64,000 bases of DNA from a bacterium (lineage in GTDB: Bacteria; Zhuqueibacterota; Zhuqueibacteria; Oceanimicrobiales; Oceanimicrobiaceae): NCBI GenBank assembly GCA_046757165.1, contig JBHHXT010000002.1, positions 13,593 to 77,592 of the forward strand, read 5' to 3'. The notes beneath the pieces are model-generated. The model did no database searches and was not told the DNA's origin. It saw only the letters and a program-made list of their open reading frames with translations. Numbering within the stretch: position 1 is the first letter of the stretch; each line of letters starts with the position of its first letter. The position numbers and the translations under genes are program-made. Below, piece after piece: positions 38,929 through 49,330 of this stretch.

Positions 38929-40053
38929 ATGAACTCTTGTCTGTACAAATCCAAGTTAGAGCCATATTTGGATCAGGCACTGTCTGTAAAGGAAATGGAA
39001 GAGGTTGCGGACCATTTCAATGATTGTCCACACTGCCTGCCCGAACTGCAGCGCCTGACTCACTGTGACTCTCTGTTCCGGCGCAATGTCGACGCGCTTT
39101 ATCCGCTGCCCCCGGACGATTACTGGGAGACTCTTCCCCGGGTCGTGATGGGACGATTGGGACTGGGGCGCGAAAGATTCACTCTGCAGACGTTTCTGCA
39201 ACAAACCACGAAGCTGTTCCACGTCAGGATTTTCCAAGTGGGTTTCGCGGGCGCGGTTGTCGCCATGGTTCTTTTTCTGGCCTTGCGACAATCTGAAGTG
39301 GGGCGGTCCAAGATCCTCGCTACCGCCGCAGGGCCGGGACAGGAGGAATCGACGATTTCCGGACTCGGCCACGACGCTCCACCGGAAAGCAGCGCTGCGC
39401 CCGGCGCTGAAATGGACGAATCTTCAAAGCACGCTGACCTCGAGCGGACGGTAGCCGTGCTTGCTGAAAACGAGTCGCAGACGGTCCCGCCAGACAGAGG
39501 AATCCCTGGCGGCAAGATTCGTTTTGAGCCTCCGGCCGAGATACCCGCTCGAGGATTGTTGACCATTTCTCCAACGCAGCAGGGCGAACTCGCGCCACAG
39601 CCGAATCCGGAGTTTCTGCTCACAGGTATCGATGAAGACGATGTCTCTAGTGACGATGTCACACTCAGGCCCACAATAGCGGCGAGGGGAGGGACGGTCA
39701 GCGGGTCTGCAACGGAGATAGACGTTCCCGGCCCGTCACTGAAGTTCACCGAAGAGCAGAGCGATTTCGCGGAGACTTTGTGGATTGTACAGGAAAGCGT
39801 AACGCTCAGAGAGAAGAAGAGCATTTGGCTGTCCTACATCGCACGTGAAAAAAACAGCACCTACCGCGCGATGGGCGTCTACAATCTCGCAGTTGTCCTG
39901 GCCAAAATCGCCGGGAACACCAAAGATCCGGATGAGGCGAAGGAAGCTATTGAATTCTTCGAAAAGTATGGTTCGTCGTTGCGGCAGCAAATGGGTGACA
40001 AGAGATACGAGATGAAGCTTCGTGCCTTGCAACTCATCTATGACTACAATTAA
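38929..40053 (+). CDS. Putative zinc-finger anti-sigma factor
   Basis: It begins 4 nt after the sigma gene. It carries an HxxxCxxC motif (HFNDCPHC), a central TM helix (VGFAGAVVAMVLFLAL) and a C-terminal periplasmic domain. Confidence 0.65.
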   Translation: MNSCLYKSKLEPYLDQALSVKEMEEVADHFNDCPHCLPELQRLTHCDSLFRRNVDALYPLPPDDYWETLPRVVMGRLGLGRERFTLQTFLQQTTKLFHVRIFQVGFAGAVVAMVLFLALRQSEVGRSKILATAAGPGQEESTISGLGHDAPPESSAAPGAEMDESSKHADLERTVAVLAENESQTVPPDRGIPGGKIRFEPPAEIPARGLLTISPTQQGELAPQPNPEFLLTGIDEDDVSSDDVTLRPTIAARGGTVSGSATEIDVPGPSLKFTEEQSDFAETLWIVQESVTLREKKSIWLSYIAREKNSTYRAMGVYNLAVVLAKIAGNTKDPDEAKEAIEFFEKYGSSLRQQMGDKRYEMKLRALQLIYDYN

Positions 40054-40116
40054 CTGTTGAAATGTTCCTCGGGGGGGGAATGGAGTCTTTGAATCCTGTT
40101 TGATTAGAGAAGTCTG

Positions 40117-42324
40117 ATGTCAACTATTCGATGGGGAGCAGGTTTTTTCTTTCTTTTTCTATTGCTGGGCTGGTCAAATCAAAGGGTAGGTGCGCAGGGA
40201 TTTGTCACCCCGTTTGAGCAGGCGGATGTCCTTCCCACGCTCGAGCGGCAGGATATCGATATTTTCATCAGCAACGACATTGCTGAGATTACGGTGCGGG
40301 AGACCTACTTCAATCCGCACAACCGTGACATTCAGGGGTATTATAATTACTCCTTGCCGTCTGGAGCAGAGACTTACGATCTCGAGCTGACCATAAAGCA
40401 GGCTGCCTTCAAGGGCGATGTCCTGAAGGAGGAGATGGCAAATGCGGTCTATCTGGACGCTTTTCGCCAGAGACATGAGCATGGATTTCTCGAGATGGTC
40501 GGCAATGAGCTTTTCCGTGCCCGCATGTATCCCATCTTTACGCGCGGGAGGCAGGCGATAACACTTACGTACAAGCAAAAACTGCATCAGGACAACGGGC
40601 TCGTCAGGCTGGTCCATCCATTGCGGTGTAGCTCGGGCCCGGAGGTTGCGACCTCTTCCATCCTGTCGGAAAACCAGGCCTATGTGTCCATCGAATCGAG
40701 GCTACTGCCGGCTGGAACAAGTTTCACCCCGATACCGGCGACGGCCACCAGGCAAAACATCTCAGTGGAATTGTCCTGCGATGTTGCCATCAAGAATGTT
40801 TATTCGCCCAGCCATGATATTGAGATCGATCGCCGGGGGGAACATTCAGCCCAAATCACTTACACCGGTCGCCAATTCGAGAACAGAAAACGCTTCGTGC
40901 TCTACTACGGCCTCACGAATGCCGAGGTTGGCGTCGACGTGTTGACTCACCGCGTGAGCACTTCCGAAGACGGCTATTTTATGGTTTTGTTGACGCCCAG
41001 GACGGACATTCCTGGCTTCAAGGCCAGCAAGAATCTCGTCTATGTTTTGGATGCTTCGGCAAGCATGAAGGGGGAGAAAATCAAGCAAGTCAAGTCTGCC
41101 CTGAGGTACTGCATCACCAGCCTGAACAAGGATGACTACTTTAATGTGATTGTCTTCAGCACGGAGTCAAGAATCTTCAAGAAGGAGCTGGTGAGGGCTT
41201 CGGAATTTCGGCAGGAGGCGGTTGAGTTCATCAATCAAATCGCGGCCGGTGGCGGAACAAACATCAACGAAGCACTGCTAACGGCTCTCAATCTGAAAGG
41301 TGGCAACGGCGGGCCTCGCCGCATCGTTTTTGTGACCGATGGCAGGCCAACCGTCGGCGTGACCGACGTCTCCGCAATCCGCAGGAATGTCAGGACGCTG
41401 AATCGTCGAGGATACAGTGTCCACAGTTTTGGCCTTGGCTACGAAATCGATACCAGCTTATTGGATGGACTCGCCTATGACAACGGCGGCACCAGCGACT
41501 ATGTCGAGCATGCCGAAGAGATCGAAACACGAATTGTTGACTTTTATCGCAGCACGAAGACCCCCGTTGTTGGTTCGATCGAATTGGACTTTGGCGAAAT
41601 TGACGTGCACGAGATGTATCCGGAAGGGGTGTACCAACTCTTTGAAGGAGTTCAACTGAGTTTGCTGGGACGGTACAAAGGAGTCGGACCGACAACGTTG
41701 ACCGTGACCTGCCGTGGCCACAACGACCAAACGCTTCGCCTCATGGTTCCAATTACCTTTGAGAGCGAAAATAGTGAAAACGCTTTCTTGCCACGGCTGT
41801 GGCTCAGCCGGAGAATCGGATTCTTGTTAGAGGAGATCCGTTTCAATGAGCACGCAGAGGCATACAGGGTGACCTATGAGACGCTAAGCCGCAAAAATGC
41901 CGGTTTTCCGGGCTGGTCTGGCTATGCAAATATTCTTCGTTCGCCTATGATTGAAGAGGCTGAAAAAAACAGTACGGGTGAAAAGGCAGTCAGAGAGAGT
42001 AAGCTTCTGAGACGATTAAAAGAAGCTGAAATTGTCAGTCCGGGCAGCAAACGCACAATTCGGTACGTGGGCGGAAAGCTGTTCCACTGGAACAACGAGG
42101 GGTACTGGGTCGAAAGTGGGGTCGAGCTGGACCGGAAGGCTCTCAATATCAAATATGGCAGTGACGCGTATTTTGCCCTCCTCAATTTCTACAACGAAGC
42201 CGCGCTCTATCTTGCCCTGGGCGAAAAAGTGTATTTTAGACTTTACAAGAGTTTCATAAGAATTGATGAACATGGATTGGACGAGATTAGTAAGACAGAA
42301 TTAAGGGAGATTTTGTCGTACTAA
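40117..42324 (+). CDS. Secreted VIT-domain plus von Willebrand factor A-domain protein
   Basis: A signal peptide, then a VIT-like N-terminal domain. The vWA MIDAS motif is LVYVLDASASM..GGTNINEAL..FVTDGRPT. Confidence 0.8.
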   Translation: MSTIRWGAGFFFLFLLLGWSNQRVGAQGFVTPFEQADVLPTLERQDIDIFISNDIAEITVRETYFNPHNRDIQGYYNYSLPSGAETYDLELTIKQAAFKGDVLKEEMANAVYLDAFRQRHEHGFLEMVGNELFRARMYPIFTRGRQAITLTYKQKLHQDNGLVRLVHPLRCSSGPEVATSSILSENQAYVSIESRLLPAGTSFTPIPATATRQNISVELSCDVAIKNVYSPSHDIEIDRRGEHSAQITYTGRQFENRKRFVLYYGLTNAEVGVDVLTHRVSTSEDGYFMVLLTPRTDIPGFKASKNLVYVLDASASMKGEKIKQVKSALRYCITSLNKDDYFNVIVFSTESRIFKKELVRASEFRQEAVEFINQIAAGGGTNINEALLTALNLKGGNGGPRRIVFVTDGRPTVGVTDVSAIRRNVRTLNRRGYSVHSFGLGYEIDTSLLDGLAYDNGGTSDYVEHAEEIETRIVDFYRSTKTPVVGSIELDFGEIDVHEMYPEGVYQLFEGVQLSLLGRYKGVGPTTLTVTCRGHNDQTLRLMVPITFESENSENAFLPRLWLSRRIGFLLEEIRFNEHAEAYRVTYETLSRKNAGFPGWSGYANILRSPMIEEAEKNSTGEKAVRESKLLRRLKEAEIVSPGSKRTIRYVGGKLFHWNNEGYWVESGVELDRKALNIKYGSDAYFALLNFYNEAALYLALGEKVYFRLYKSFIRIDEHGLDEISKTELREILSY

Positions 42325-42382
42325 CCTGAACTTTGTCGAAAAAATACAAGTTCCTCGTTAATCCCTCCTCCTTTTAGCCATG

Positions 42383-42420
42383 AAAAAGCCGTGATAGCCA
42401 TCGCGGCTTTTTCATTTTTG
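42383..42420 (+). terminator. Rho-independent terminator after the VIT-vWA gene (GCCGTGAT-agcc-ATCGCGGC then TTTTTCATTTTTG)
   Basis: Hairpin followed by a T-run, seen in the sequence. Confidence 0.5.
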
Positions 42421-42454
42421 CAGTTGATTTTGTGCGAATTTTTGAGTAAAGTAC

Positions 42455-43369
42455 GTGCAAGACCTTCGGATGCTCAGAGAGATGACCGTATACCACAACA
42501 CGCCAGACGCCCCGTCTGTGTGCATCGAAAAGAGCGTAGCCCTCGCGTTGGAAGAGGACCTCGCGCAGATCGGGGATTTGACCTCTCAGTCTCTCCTGGA
42601 TTCAAAGGTGCGAGGCCGCGCGATCATTATTGCCAGGCAGGAGGGGGTGTTTGCCGGCGGCCAGGTCGCCAGGCGGGTATTCGAAAAACTCGACCCGCAA
42701 CTGTCGGTTCGGTTGGCTGTCTCAGATGGCGACATCGTCAAGAAGGCGGAGCGGCTGTTGACCGTTGAAGGGAGTGTCGTCAGCATCTTGAGTGCGGAAC
42801 GAACGGTCTTGAATTTTTTGCAGAGACTTTGCGGCGTGGCCACGTTGACAGCTCGCTTCGTTGGCAGGGTGGAGGGCACCGGAGCGACGATCCTGGATAC
42901 GAGAAAAACCACGCCCGGATTGCGATTGCTGGAAAAACACGCCGTGCGCATGGGGGGTGGGAAGAACCACAGAGTCGGGTTGTTCGACATGGTTTTGATC
43001 AAGGAGAATCACATCCTGGCGGCAGGAGGGCTAACAAATGCTGTTCGCAAAATAACGGACAGTCTGAGTGAGAAAGAGGTGCAGGTGAAGATCGAGGTAG
43101 AGGTGTCAAATCCAGAGCAAGTCAGAGAAGCCCTGCGGCTGGCCATTGACCGTGTGATGCTCGACAACATGTCCCTCGAACAGATTCGGGAGGCAGTAAA
43201 CATCATCGATGGCAGAATTGAGACCGAGGTCTCCGGCGGCGTGACATTGGAAACCGTTCGACACATTGCTGAGACCGGCGTCGATTACATATCGGTCGGG
43301 GCGTTGACGCACTCGGCACCGGCTTTGGATTTGTCTCTGCTCCTGACAGAAGGAAATGGGTCGGAATGA
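42455..43369 (+). CDS. nadC: Nicotinate-nucleotide pyrophosphorylase (quinolinate phosphoribosyltransferase)
   Basis: ILDTRKTTPGLR, KHAVRMGGGKNHR and MLDNM motifs. Confidence 0.9.
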   Translation: MQDLRMLREMTVYHNTPDAPSVCIEKSVALALEEDLAQIGDLTSQSLLDSKVRGRAIIIARQEGVFAGGQVARRVFEKLDPQLSVRLAVSDGDIVKKAERLLTVEGSVVSILSAERTVLNFLQRLCGVATLTARFVGRVEGTGATILDTRKTTPGLRLLEKHAVRMGGGKNHRVGLFDMVLIKENHILAAGGLTNAVRKITDSLSEKEVQVKIEVEVSNPEQVREALRLAIDRVMLDNMSLEQIREAVNIIDGRIETEVSGGVTLETVRHIAETGVDYISVGALTHSAPALDLSLLLTEGNGSE

Positions 43370-43782
43370 TCAAAAAAATCGACCACATTGGAATCGCTGT
43401 TGCCGACCTCGAGGCGGCGATGAAAACGTATGAGCAGCTGACCGGCAAGGGCAGTGCTCACAAAGAGACCGTCGTAGAACAACAAGTCATTACTGCATTC
43501 GTTGCCGTCGGTGAAGTCCGACTTGAACTTTTGAAGGGCATCTCGCCGAACTCGATCATCTCGAGATTTGTGGAAAAAAGGGGGGAAGGCGTGCACCACA
43601 TTTGCTTTGAGGTCGAAGACCTGGAGAAAACCAGAGTGGCCTTGACCGCTGCCGGCATGCAATTTGTCGAGAATGTTTCCAGCCGTGGTGCAGGGGGGAG
43701 TAAAGTGGCCTTTATCCATCCCAAAAGCACCAGCGGTGTTCTGGTGGAGTTAGTGGAATACCCGCAAGCCCCGCAAACGTAG
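43366..43782 (+). CDS. Methylmalonyl-CoA epimerase (VOC / glyoxalase family)
   Basis: IDHIGIAVADLEAA, HHICFEV and VAFIHPKSTSGVLVELVE. Confidence 0.85.
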   Translation: MIKKIDHIGIAVADLEAAMKTYEQLTGKGSAHKETVVEQQVITAFVAVGEVRLELLKGISPNSIISRFVEKRGEGVHHICFEVEDLEKTRVALTAAGMQFVENVSSRGAGGSKVAFIHPKSTSGVLVELVEYPQAPQT

Positions 43783-43783
43783 T

Positions 43784-45634
43784 ATGACGTCCCTAGCATC
43801 AGCGTCACTGCAAAAAAAACTCGATACGCTTCCCAGGAATCCCGGGTGTTACTTGTTCAAAGATAGCAACCAGAGGATTATCTACATCGGCAAGGCCAAG
43901 GTGCTCCGGCATCGCGTGCGGTCGTATTTCCAGGGAGGGCGGCTGGAAGGACCGAAGTTGTACCGGCTGAAATCCAGGATTGCGGACCTCGAGACCATTG
44001 TGACCGATACCGAAATGGAAGCCTTGATCCTCGAGATGAATCTGATCAAGGAATATAAACCTCGCTACAATGTTAATTTAAAGGATGACAAAAGTTACCC
44101 CTATATTCGGGTCACTAACGAGCGTTTTCCGCGCATCTTTCCAACCAGAAAAATTGTTCAGGATGGGTCTCGCTATTTTGGGCCGTACACCGATGTCGGG
44201 GCCATGCGCACCCTGCTGAAATCCGTAAAACGGATATTTCCGGTGCGGAGCTGTAATTATGATCTCACGGAAGAAGCCGTCGCGTGCAAGAAACATAAAC
44301 TCTGCCTCGATTATCATATCAAGAAATGTGATGGCCCGTGTGAGGATCTGGTGAGCGTGCAAGACTACGACAAAATGGTCAACCAGATTGTGGGGTTCAT
44401 CAACGGAAAAAACAACCAGGTTGTCACCGAGCTAAAAGAGAAAATGCTCAATCTCTCGACAACACTACGATATGAACAGGCGGGCAGGGTTCGCGACCAA
44501 ATCCGCTTCATCGAGAACTTTCAGTACAGGCAGAAAGTTGTCACAGACGAATTGACCGATCGCGACATCATCGCGCTTGCTATGGAAGATGCCGATGCCT
44601 GCGGCGTGGTCTTCAAAGTGCGCGACGGGAAGATTATAGGGCGACAGCATTTCTACCTGAACGGGGTGGAGGAGGAGCCCTTTGAGCACGTCGTTTCCGC
44701 TTTTGTCAAGCACTTCTATCTCAAATCCGAATTCGTTCCGCAGGAGATCTATCTCCCGGTCGCCATCCATGACGGTGAGGAGGTGCAGAGCTGGCTTTCA
44801 GAGAAACGCGGCAAGAAAGTCAAACTGGTGATTCCGCAAAGGGGACAAAAAGCCAAAATCGTTGAGATGGCTTTGCAGAACGCGAATTGGCTGCTCAACG
44901 AGTTACGACTGCAGAAGGTGAAAGCGCGGGATGCCCTCGAGCATAACGTGAAAGCCTTGCAGAGGGACTTACGTCTGCGGCACCCCCCACGAAGAATCGA
45001 ATGTTTTGACATCTCGAACATCCAGGGCACGGACCCGGTCGCTTCAATGGTTACGTTCGTCAATGGCAAACCGAAAAAGAGCGACTACCGCAAATTCAAA
45101 ATTCACGGCAAAGACACACCAGATGATTTTGCCATGATGGCTGAAGCCATTCGCAGACGGTATAGCGGATCGTTGACTGAAAAGATGGCGAACCCGGATT
45201 TGATTCTGGTCGATGGCGGCAAAGGACAACTGTCCACGGCGGTGGGGGTTCTGCGGGAATTGAGCCTCCATGACCAGCCGATCGCAGCACTGGCGAAGCG
45301 TTTGGATGAAGTCTTCATCCCCGGGTCACCTGACGCTCAAAACATCCCGAAGACCTCATCCGGTCTCAAGCTTCTGCAGCAGATTCGGGATGAGGCGCAC
45401 CGGTTTGCCGTCACCTACCATCGCACGCTGCGAAAAAAGCGCACCCTGCAGTCCGAGCTTGATACCGTTGCTGGGGTCGGCCCTGCAAGGAGAACGGCTT
45501 TGCTGAAGTACTTTGGCTCAGTGAAGCAGATCAAAGAGGCGACCGTAGACGAGCTCGAGATGGTGGAGAGCATTCCGACAGAAATGGCCCGGAGAATCTG
45601 GGAGCATTTTCATATCCTGAAGAAACGAATATAG
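43784..45634 (+). CDS. uvrC: Excinuclease ABC subunit C
   Basis: The GIY-YIG N-terminus (PGCYLFKD..IIYIGKAKVLRHRVRSY), the UvrBC-interaction region and the C-terminal RNase H / HhH domains. Confidence 0.93.
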   Translation: MTSLASASLQKKLDTLPRNPGCYLFKDSNQRIIYIGKAKVLRHRVRSYFQGGRLEGPKLYRLKSRIADLETIVTDTEMEALILEMNLIKEYKPRYNVNLKDDKSYPYIRVTNERFPRIFPTRKIVQDGSRYFGPYTDVGAMRTLLKSVKRIFPVRSCNYDLTEEAVACKKHKLCLDYHIKKCDGPCEDLVSVQDYDKMVNQIVGFINGKNNQVVTELKEKMLNLSTTLRYEQAGRVRDQIRFIENFQYRQKVVTDELTDRDIIALAMEDADACGVVFKVRDGKIIGRQHFYLNGVEEEPFEHVVSAFVKHFYLKSEFVPQEIYLPVAIHDGEEVQSWLSEKRGKKVKLVIPQRGQKAKIVEMALQNANWLLNELRLQKVKARDALEHNVKALQRDLRLRHPPRRIECFDISNIQGTDPVASMVTFVNGKPKKSDYRKFKIHGKDTPDDFAMMAEAIRRRYSGSLTEKMANPDLILVDGGKGQLSTAVGVLRELSLHDQPIAALAKRLDEVFIPGSPDAQNIPKTSSGLKLLQQIRDEAHRFAVTYHRTLRKKRTLQSELDTVAGVGPARRTALLKYFGSVKQIKEATVDELEMVESIPTEMARRIWEHFHILKKRI

Positions 45635-45658
45635 CAAGGGCCAGGGACACCACATACT

Positions 45659-47053
45659 ATGTCACACCGCCTCTTATTGTATCTGTCGATGCTCCTCATG
45701 CCGGCCTCGCTGTTCGCCTTGGGCGATAAAGATTATGACCCCACCACCCTGGTGTTTCCTTCCTTCTTGCACACGATGGGGATTCGAAAAGCCACAAAGA
45801 TGCACTTGATGATCTACACCCGAAACCGGGTAAAGGTCAGGAATCCGCAGGGCATCGCTGTCGTGCGTCTTACGAGCTGGGATGATCCCAACAAGAAGAA
45901 GGATGATGACGAGGTGACCGGCTATGGCGTGAATGCCGGTGAAAACATCATCGTGTACAACAAATCGATGACCTCGCTCGGCTTTTACGGCAAGAATGAG
46001 ACTGGCATCAAGAAACTCAACCATCCGACTGGCATCACGGCGAATGCCCGCGGAGATGTCTACGTCGCCGACACCGGCAATCATCGAATTGTCCGGCTCT
46101 TCAACCCGAAGCAAGCGCTGAATTTCGTGCGGGCGATCGGAGGGAGGGGAGCGCTGCCAGGCCAGTTCATGGCACCGCAGGGGATTGCTATGGATTCCCA
46201 CGATATGGTTTATGTGAGTGACACGGGCAACCAACGGATCCAGGTTCTGAGACCGGATGACCAGCTCCATCTCTGGTTCGGAGATCAGGGCGTCGAGGAT
46301 GGGCAGTTGTGGCACCCAGCAGGTATCGCGGTCACCAACGGCAAAGAAAGGTGGTCTCACTTCAAGGATGCGTTCATCGTGGTGGTGGATTTGGATGGCA
46401 AGCGGCTGCAGAAGTTCACCCTCGACGGCATGTTTGTCCGCGGTGTGCGCCTGTCGGATTTGAAGCTTGACGAGGGCAGATTTGCCTACCTCGCCCTCGA
46501 TTATTACAGTAACGTCTGGGTGACCGACACGGTCAACCACTGCATCCACAAATTTGACCGCGAGCTGAACTACCTGACCACCTTCGGGCGCAAAGGCCAT
46601 GGGGACAAGGAATTTGACGAGCCGCGTGGCATGGCGATCTACAAACGATTTGGGCAGGTCTTTGTCGCAGAGAAAGAGTCAGCCCAATATTATTGGATTG
46701 GAACCGACATTCTCGATTTTGAGGCCAAACAGGATACAGTGGCCCGGTGGGTTGAGCTCAGTTTTTTTCTCACTGAACCTTCATATCTCACCTTGACGGT
46801 GCGGGATGAAAAAAACAAAGGAGAGATAACGGTTTTCAAACGGGCGAAGTTTTTCACCGGCCAACAATCTGTTTTGCTCGGCGGCAACTGGCAACGAATG
46901 AGCAGCTCAGGGACCCAACCTCACGACGGCAGCGGACCTGATTTGGAACCCATGAAGTCAGGACGATATCGCCTCGAGCTGAAGGTGGAACCGACCTATT
47001 CGTCAATCAACTATTTCGCCAAAAATGTTGAAACTTCACTAGCAATTCCTTAG
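45659..47053 (+). CDS. Secreted NHL-repeat beta-propeller protein
   Basis: A signal peptide and repeated DTGNHRI / DTGNQRI / TDTVNHCI blade motifs. Confidence 0.75.
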   Translation: MSHRLLLYLSMLLMPASLFALGDKDYDPTTLVFPSFLHTMGIRKATKMHLMIYTRNRVKVRNPQGIAVVRLTSWDDPNKKKDDDEVTGYGVNAGENIIVYNKSMTSLGFYGKNETGIKKLNHPTGITANARGDVYVADTGNHRIVRLFNPKQALNFVRAIGGRGALPGQFMAPQGIAMDSHDMVYVSDTGNQRIQVLRPDDQLHLWFGDQGVEDGQLWHPAGIAVTNGKERWSHFKDAFIVVVDLDGKRLQKFTLDGMFVRGVRLSDLKLDEGRFAYLALDYYSNVWVTDTVNHCIHKFDRELNYLTTFGRKGHGDKEFDEPRGMAIYKRFGQVFVAEKESAQYYWIGTDILDFEAKQDTVARWVELSFFLTEPSYLTLTVRDEKNKGEITVFKRAKFFTGQQSVLLGGNWQRMSSSGTQPHDGSGPDLEPMKSGRYRLELKVEPTYSSINYFAKNVETSLAIP

Positions 47054-47062
47054 ATTTTTGTC

Positions 47063-49288
47063 ATGCCCGAGCCAGAAGTAAACCTCGAGTTAGCCAAAGA
47101 CCACGGGTTGACGCAGGCAGAATATCAACGCATCCTGGAAATTTTGGGACGCACGCCAACCTTCACGGAGCTCGGTATTTTCTCGGTGATGTGGTCTGAG
47201 CATTGTAGTTACAAGAACTCCATCGCGATGCTGCGTAAGCTTCCCAGAGAGGGCCAGCATCTGCTTGTGAAAGCAGGCGAGGAGAACGCCGGCCTGATCG
47301 ATATCGGGGATGGCCTCGCCGTGGCGTTCAAGATTGAAAGCCACAATCATCCCTCCGCAGTCGAGCCGTACCAGGGGGCCGCCACCGGCGTCGGCGGAAT
47401 CCTGCGCGACATTTTCAGCATGGGAGCGCGGCCCATTGCGGCGCTGAATTCTCTGAGATTCGGCAGCCTGGACGATGCCAGGGTGCGATATCTCTTCAAT
47501 GGTGTGGTCAAAGGAATTGGAGATTATGGCAACTGTTTCGGTGTTCCGACCGTCGCGGGGGAGGTCTATTTTGACGAGAGCTACGAGGGCAATCCCCTGG
47601 TGAACTGCATGGCGGTGGGCATTGTCAAGCATGGCCGCATCGCCAAAGCGATCGCCACAGACCCGGGGGCTGTGGTGATGCTGGTTGGCGCGTCGACAGG
47701 CCGGGACGGCATTCACGGCGCGACCTTCGCCTCTGAAGAAATCAGTGACGCCTCCGAGGAGCGTCGCCCGCAAGTGCAAGTGGGGGACCCGTTCACTGAA
47801 AAACTGTTACTTGAAGCCTCTTTGGAGATGATCAAAAAGGGGCTCTTGATCGGAATTCAGGACATGGGCGCAGCCGGAATCACGTGTTCAACCAGCGAGA
47901 TGACGGCAAAGGGCAACTGCGGCATGGTCGTTGATCTCGATCGCGTGTCAACGCGCGAAGCAGGGATGACGCCTTACGAGATTCTCCTTTCAGAGTCGCA
48001 AGAACGCATGCTGGTGGTGGTGCAGAAAGGCAAGGAACAGGCGGTCAAGGCGACTTGTCACAAATGGGATTTGGCCTGCGAAGAGATCGGCAGGGTGGTC
48101 GAAGGAGCGAATCTGACGATCACCTGGAAAGGCGAAACCGTGGTTGACATTCCAGCCGGGACGCTCGTGTTGGGAGGAGGCGCCCCGGTCTACGAGCGCG
48201 AGAGCCGCAAACCAGCGTATCTTGACCGGCTGCATGCGTTGGACGTGGGCCGCCTGCCCGAACCCGACGACCATCTCGTGGTTCTGAAAAAGCTCCTGGC
48301 CTCGCCAAACATTTCCAGCAAAGCCTGGGTGTTTCAGCAATACGACCACATGGTGCGTTCAAACACGGTCGTCCTTCCAGGCTCGGATGCCGCGGTGATT
48401 CGCATTAAGGGAACAAACCGTGCGCTGGCGATGAAGACAGATTGTAACGGAAGATACGTCTATCTCAACCCCAGAACAGGCGCCAGCATCGCCGTTGCCG
48501 AATCCGCACGCAATGTGGTCTGCGCTGGCGCGAGACCCGTGGCGATTACCAATTGTCTCAACTTTGGCAATCCATACAAGCCTGAAATCTATTGGCAATT
48601 CAAAGAAGCCGTGCTGGGCATCGCAGCTGCATGCAACGCTTTGGGCACACCCGTCACAGGTGGCAACGTCAGCTTTTACAATGAAAACCCAAAAGGTGCG
48701 GTCTATCCGACGCCTGTCATCGGCATGCTTGGCGTGGTCGATGATATCAAACATGTGACCACGGCCTGGTTCAAAAGGGCAGGCCATGTCATCGTTCTGC
48801 TCGGACAAAACAAGGGCGAAATCGGAGCCAGTGAGTACCTCGCCGTGCAACATGACCAGGTTGGCGGCGCGTGTCCTTCGCTCGATCTGGACCTGGAGAA
48901 ACGGCTACAGACCTGCTGCCTGGCGGCAATCACGGCCGGTCTGCTCCAGTCGGCACATGACCTCTCGGAGGGCGGGATAGCCGTGGCCCTGGCTGAAAGC
49001 TGTTTTCTCGACCCAGAACGAAATTGGGGCGCCAAAGTCGAGCTGGCGATGACAGCGCGAAGCGATTTTGTCCTGTACGGAGAGGATCAATCTCGAATCC
49101 TGGTTTCGCTCGAACAAAAAGATGTGACCCGCCTGCAGGACCTGGCCAACGACCATGGAATCCGCATGACTATTCTCGGGCATGTGACAGAAGATAGTTC
49201 TCTACGCATAAACAGGTTGGTAGAGGCCAGCGTGGAAGAGCTGGAATTCATCTACGGTCATGCAATACGATCGAAAATGGAGGGGTAG
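47063..49288 (+). CDS. purL: Phosphoribosylformylglycinamidine synthase subunit PurL
   Basis: [12 protein letters not shown] and [23 protein letters not shown] motifs. Full length. Confidence 0.95.
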   Translation: MPEPEVNLELAKDHGLTQAEYQRILEILGRTPTFTELGIFSVMWSEHCSYKNSIAMLRKLPREGQHLLVKAGEENAGLIDIGDGLAVAFKIESHNHPSAVEPYQGAATGVGGILRDIFSMGARPIAALNSLRFGSLDDARVRYLFNGVVKGIGDYGNCFGVPTVAGEVYFDESYEGNPLVNCMAVGIVKHGRIAKAIATDPGAVVMLVGASTGRDGIHGATFASEEISDASEERRPQVQVGDPFTEKLLLEASLEMIKKGLLIGIQDMGAAGITCSTSEMTAKGNCGMVVDLDRVSTREAGMTPYEILLSESQERMLVVVQKGKEQAVKATCHKWDLACEEIGRVVEGANLTITWKGETVVDIPAGTLVLGGGAPVYERESRKPAYLDRLHALDVGRLPEPDDHLVVLKKLLASPNISSKAWVFQQYDHMVRSNTVVLPGSDAAVIRIKGTNRALAMKTDCNGRYVYLNPRTGASIAVAESARNVVCAGARPVAITNCLNFGNPYKPEIYWQFKEAVLGIAAACNALGTPVTGGNVSFYNENPKGAVYPTPVIGMLGVVDDIKHVTTAWFKRAGHVIVLLGQNKGEIGASEYLAVQHDQVGGACPSLDLDLEKRLQTCCLAAITAGLLQSAHDLSEGGIAVALAESCFLDPERNWGAKVELAMTARSDFVLYGEDQSRILVSLEQKDVTRLQDLANDHGIRMTILGHVTEDSSLRINRLVEASVEELEFIYGHAIRSKMEG

Positions 49289-49330
49289 CACATCCGCTTC
49301 GTAACAACTGCGTTCAACTGAGGAGGTACT

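Noticed and set aside
42391-42768. A 125-aa + strand ORF upstream of nadC
   Set aside because: It starts inside the VIT-vWA terminator hairpin and runs out of frame through the nadC 5-prime region. Its Arg/Gly-rich composition is typical of a GC artefact.
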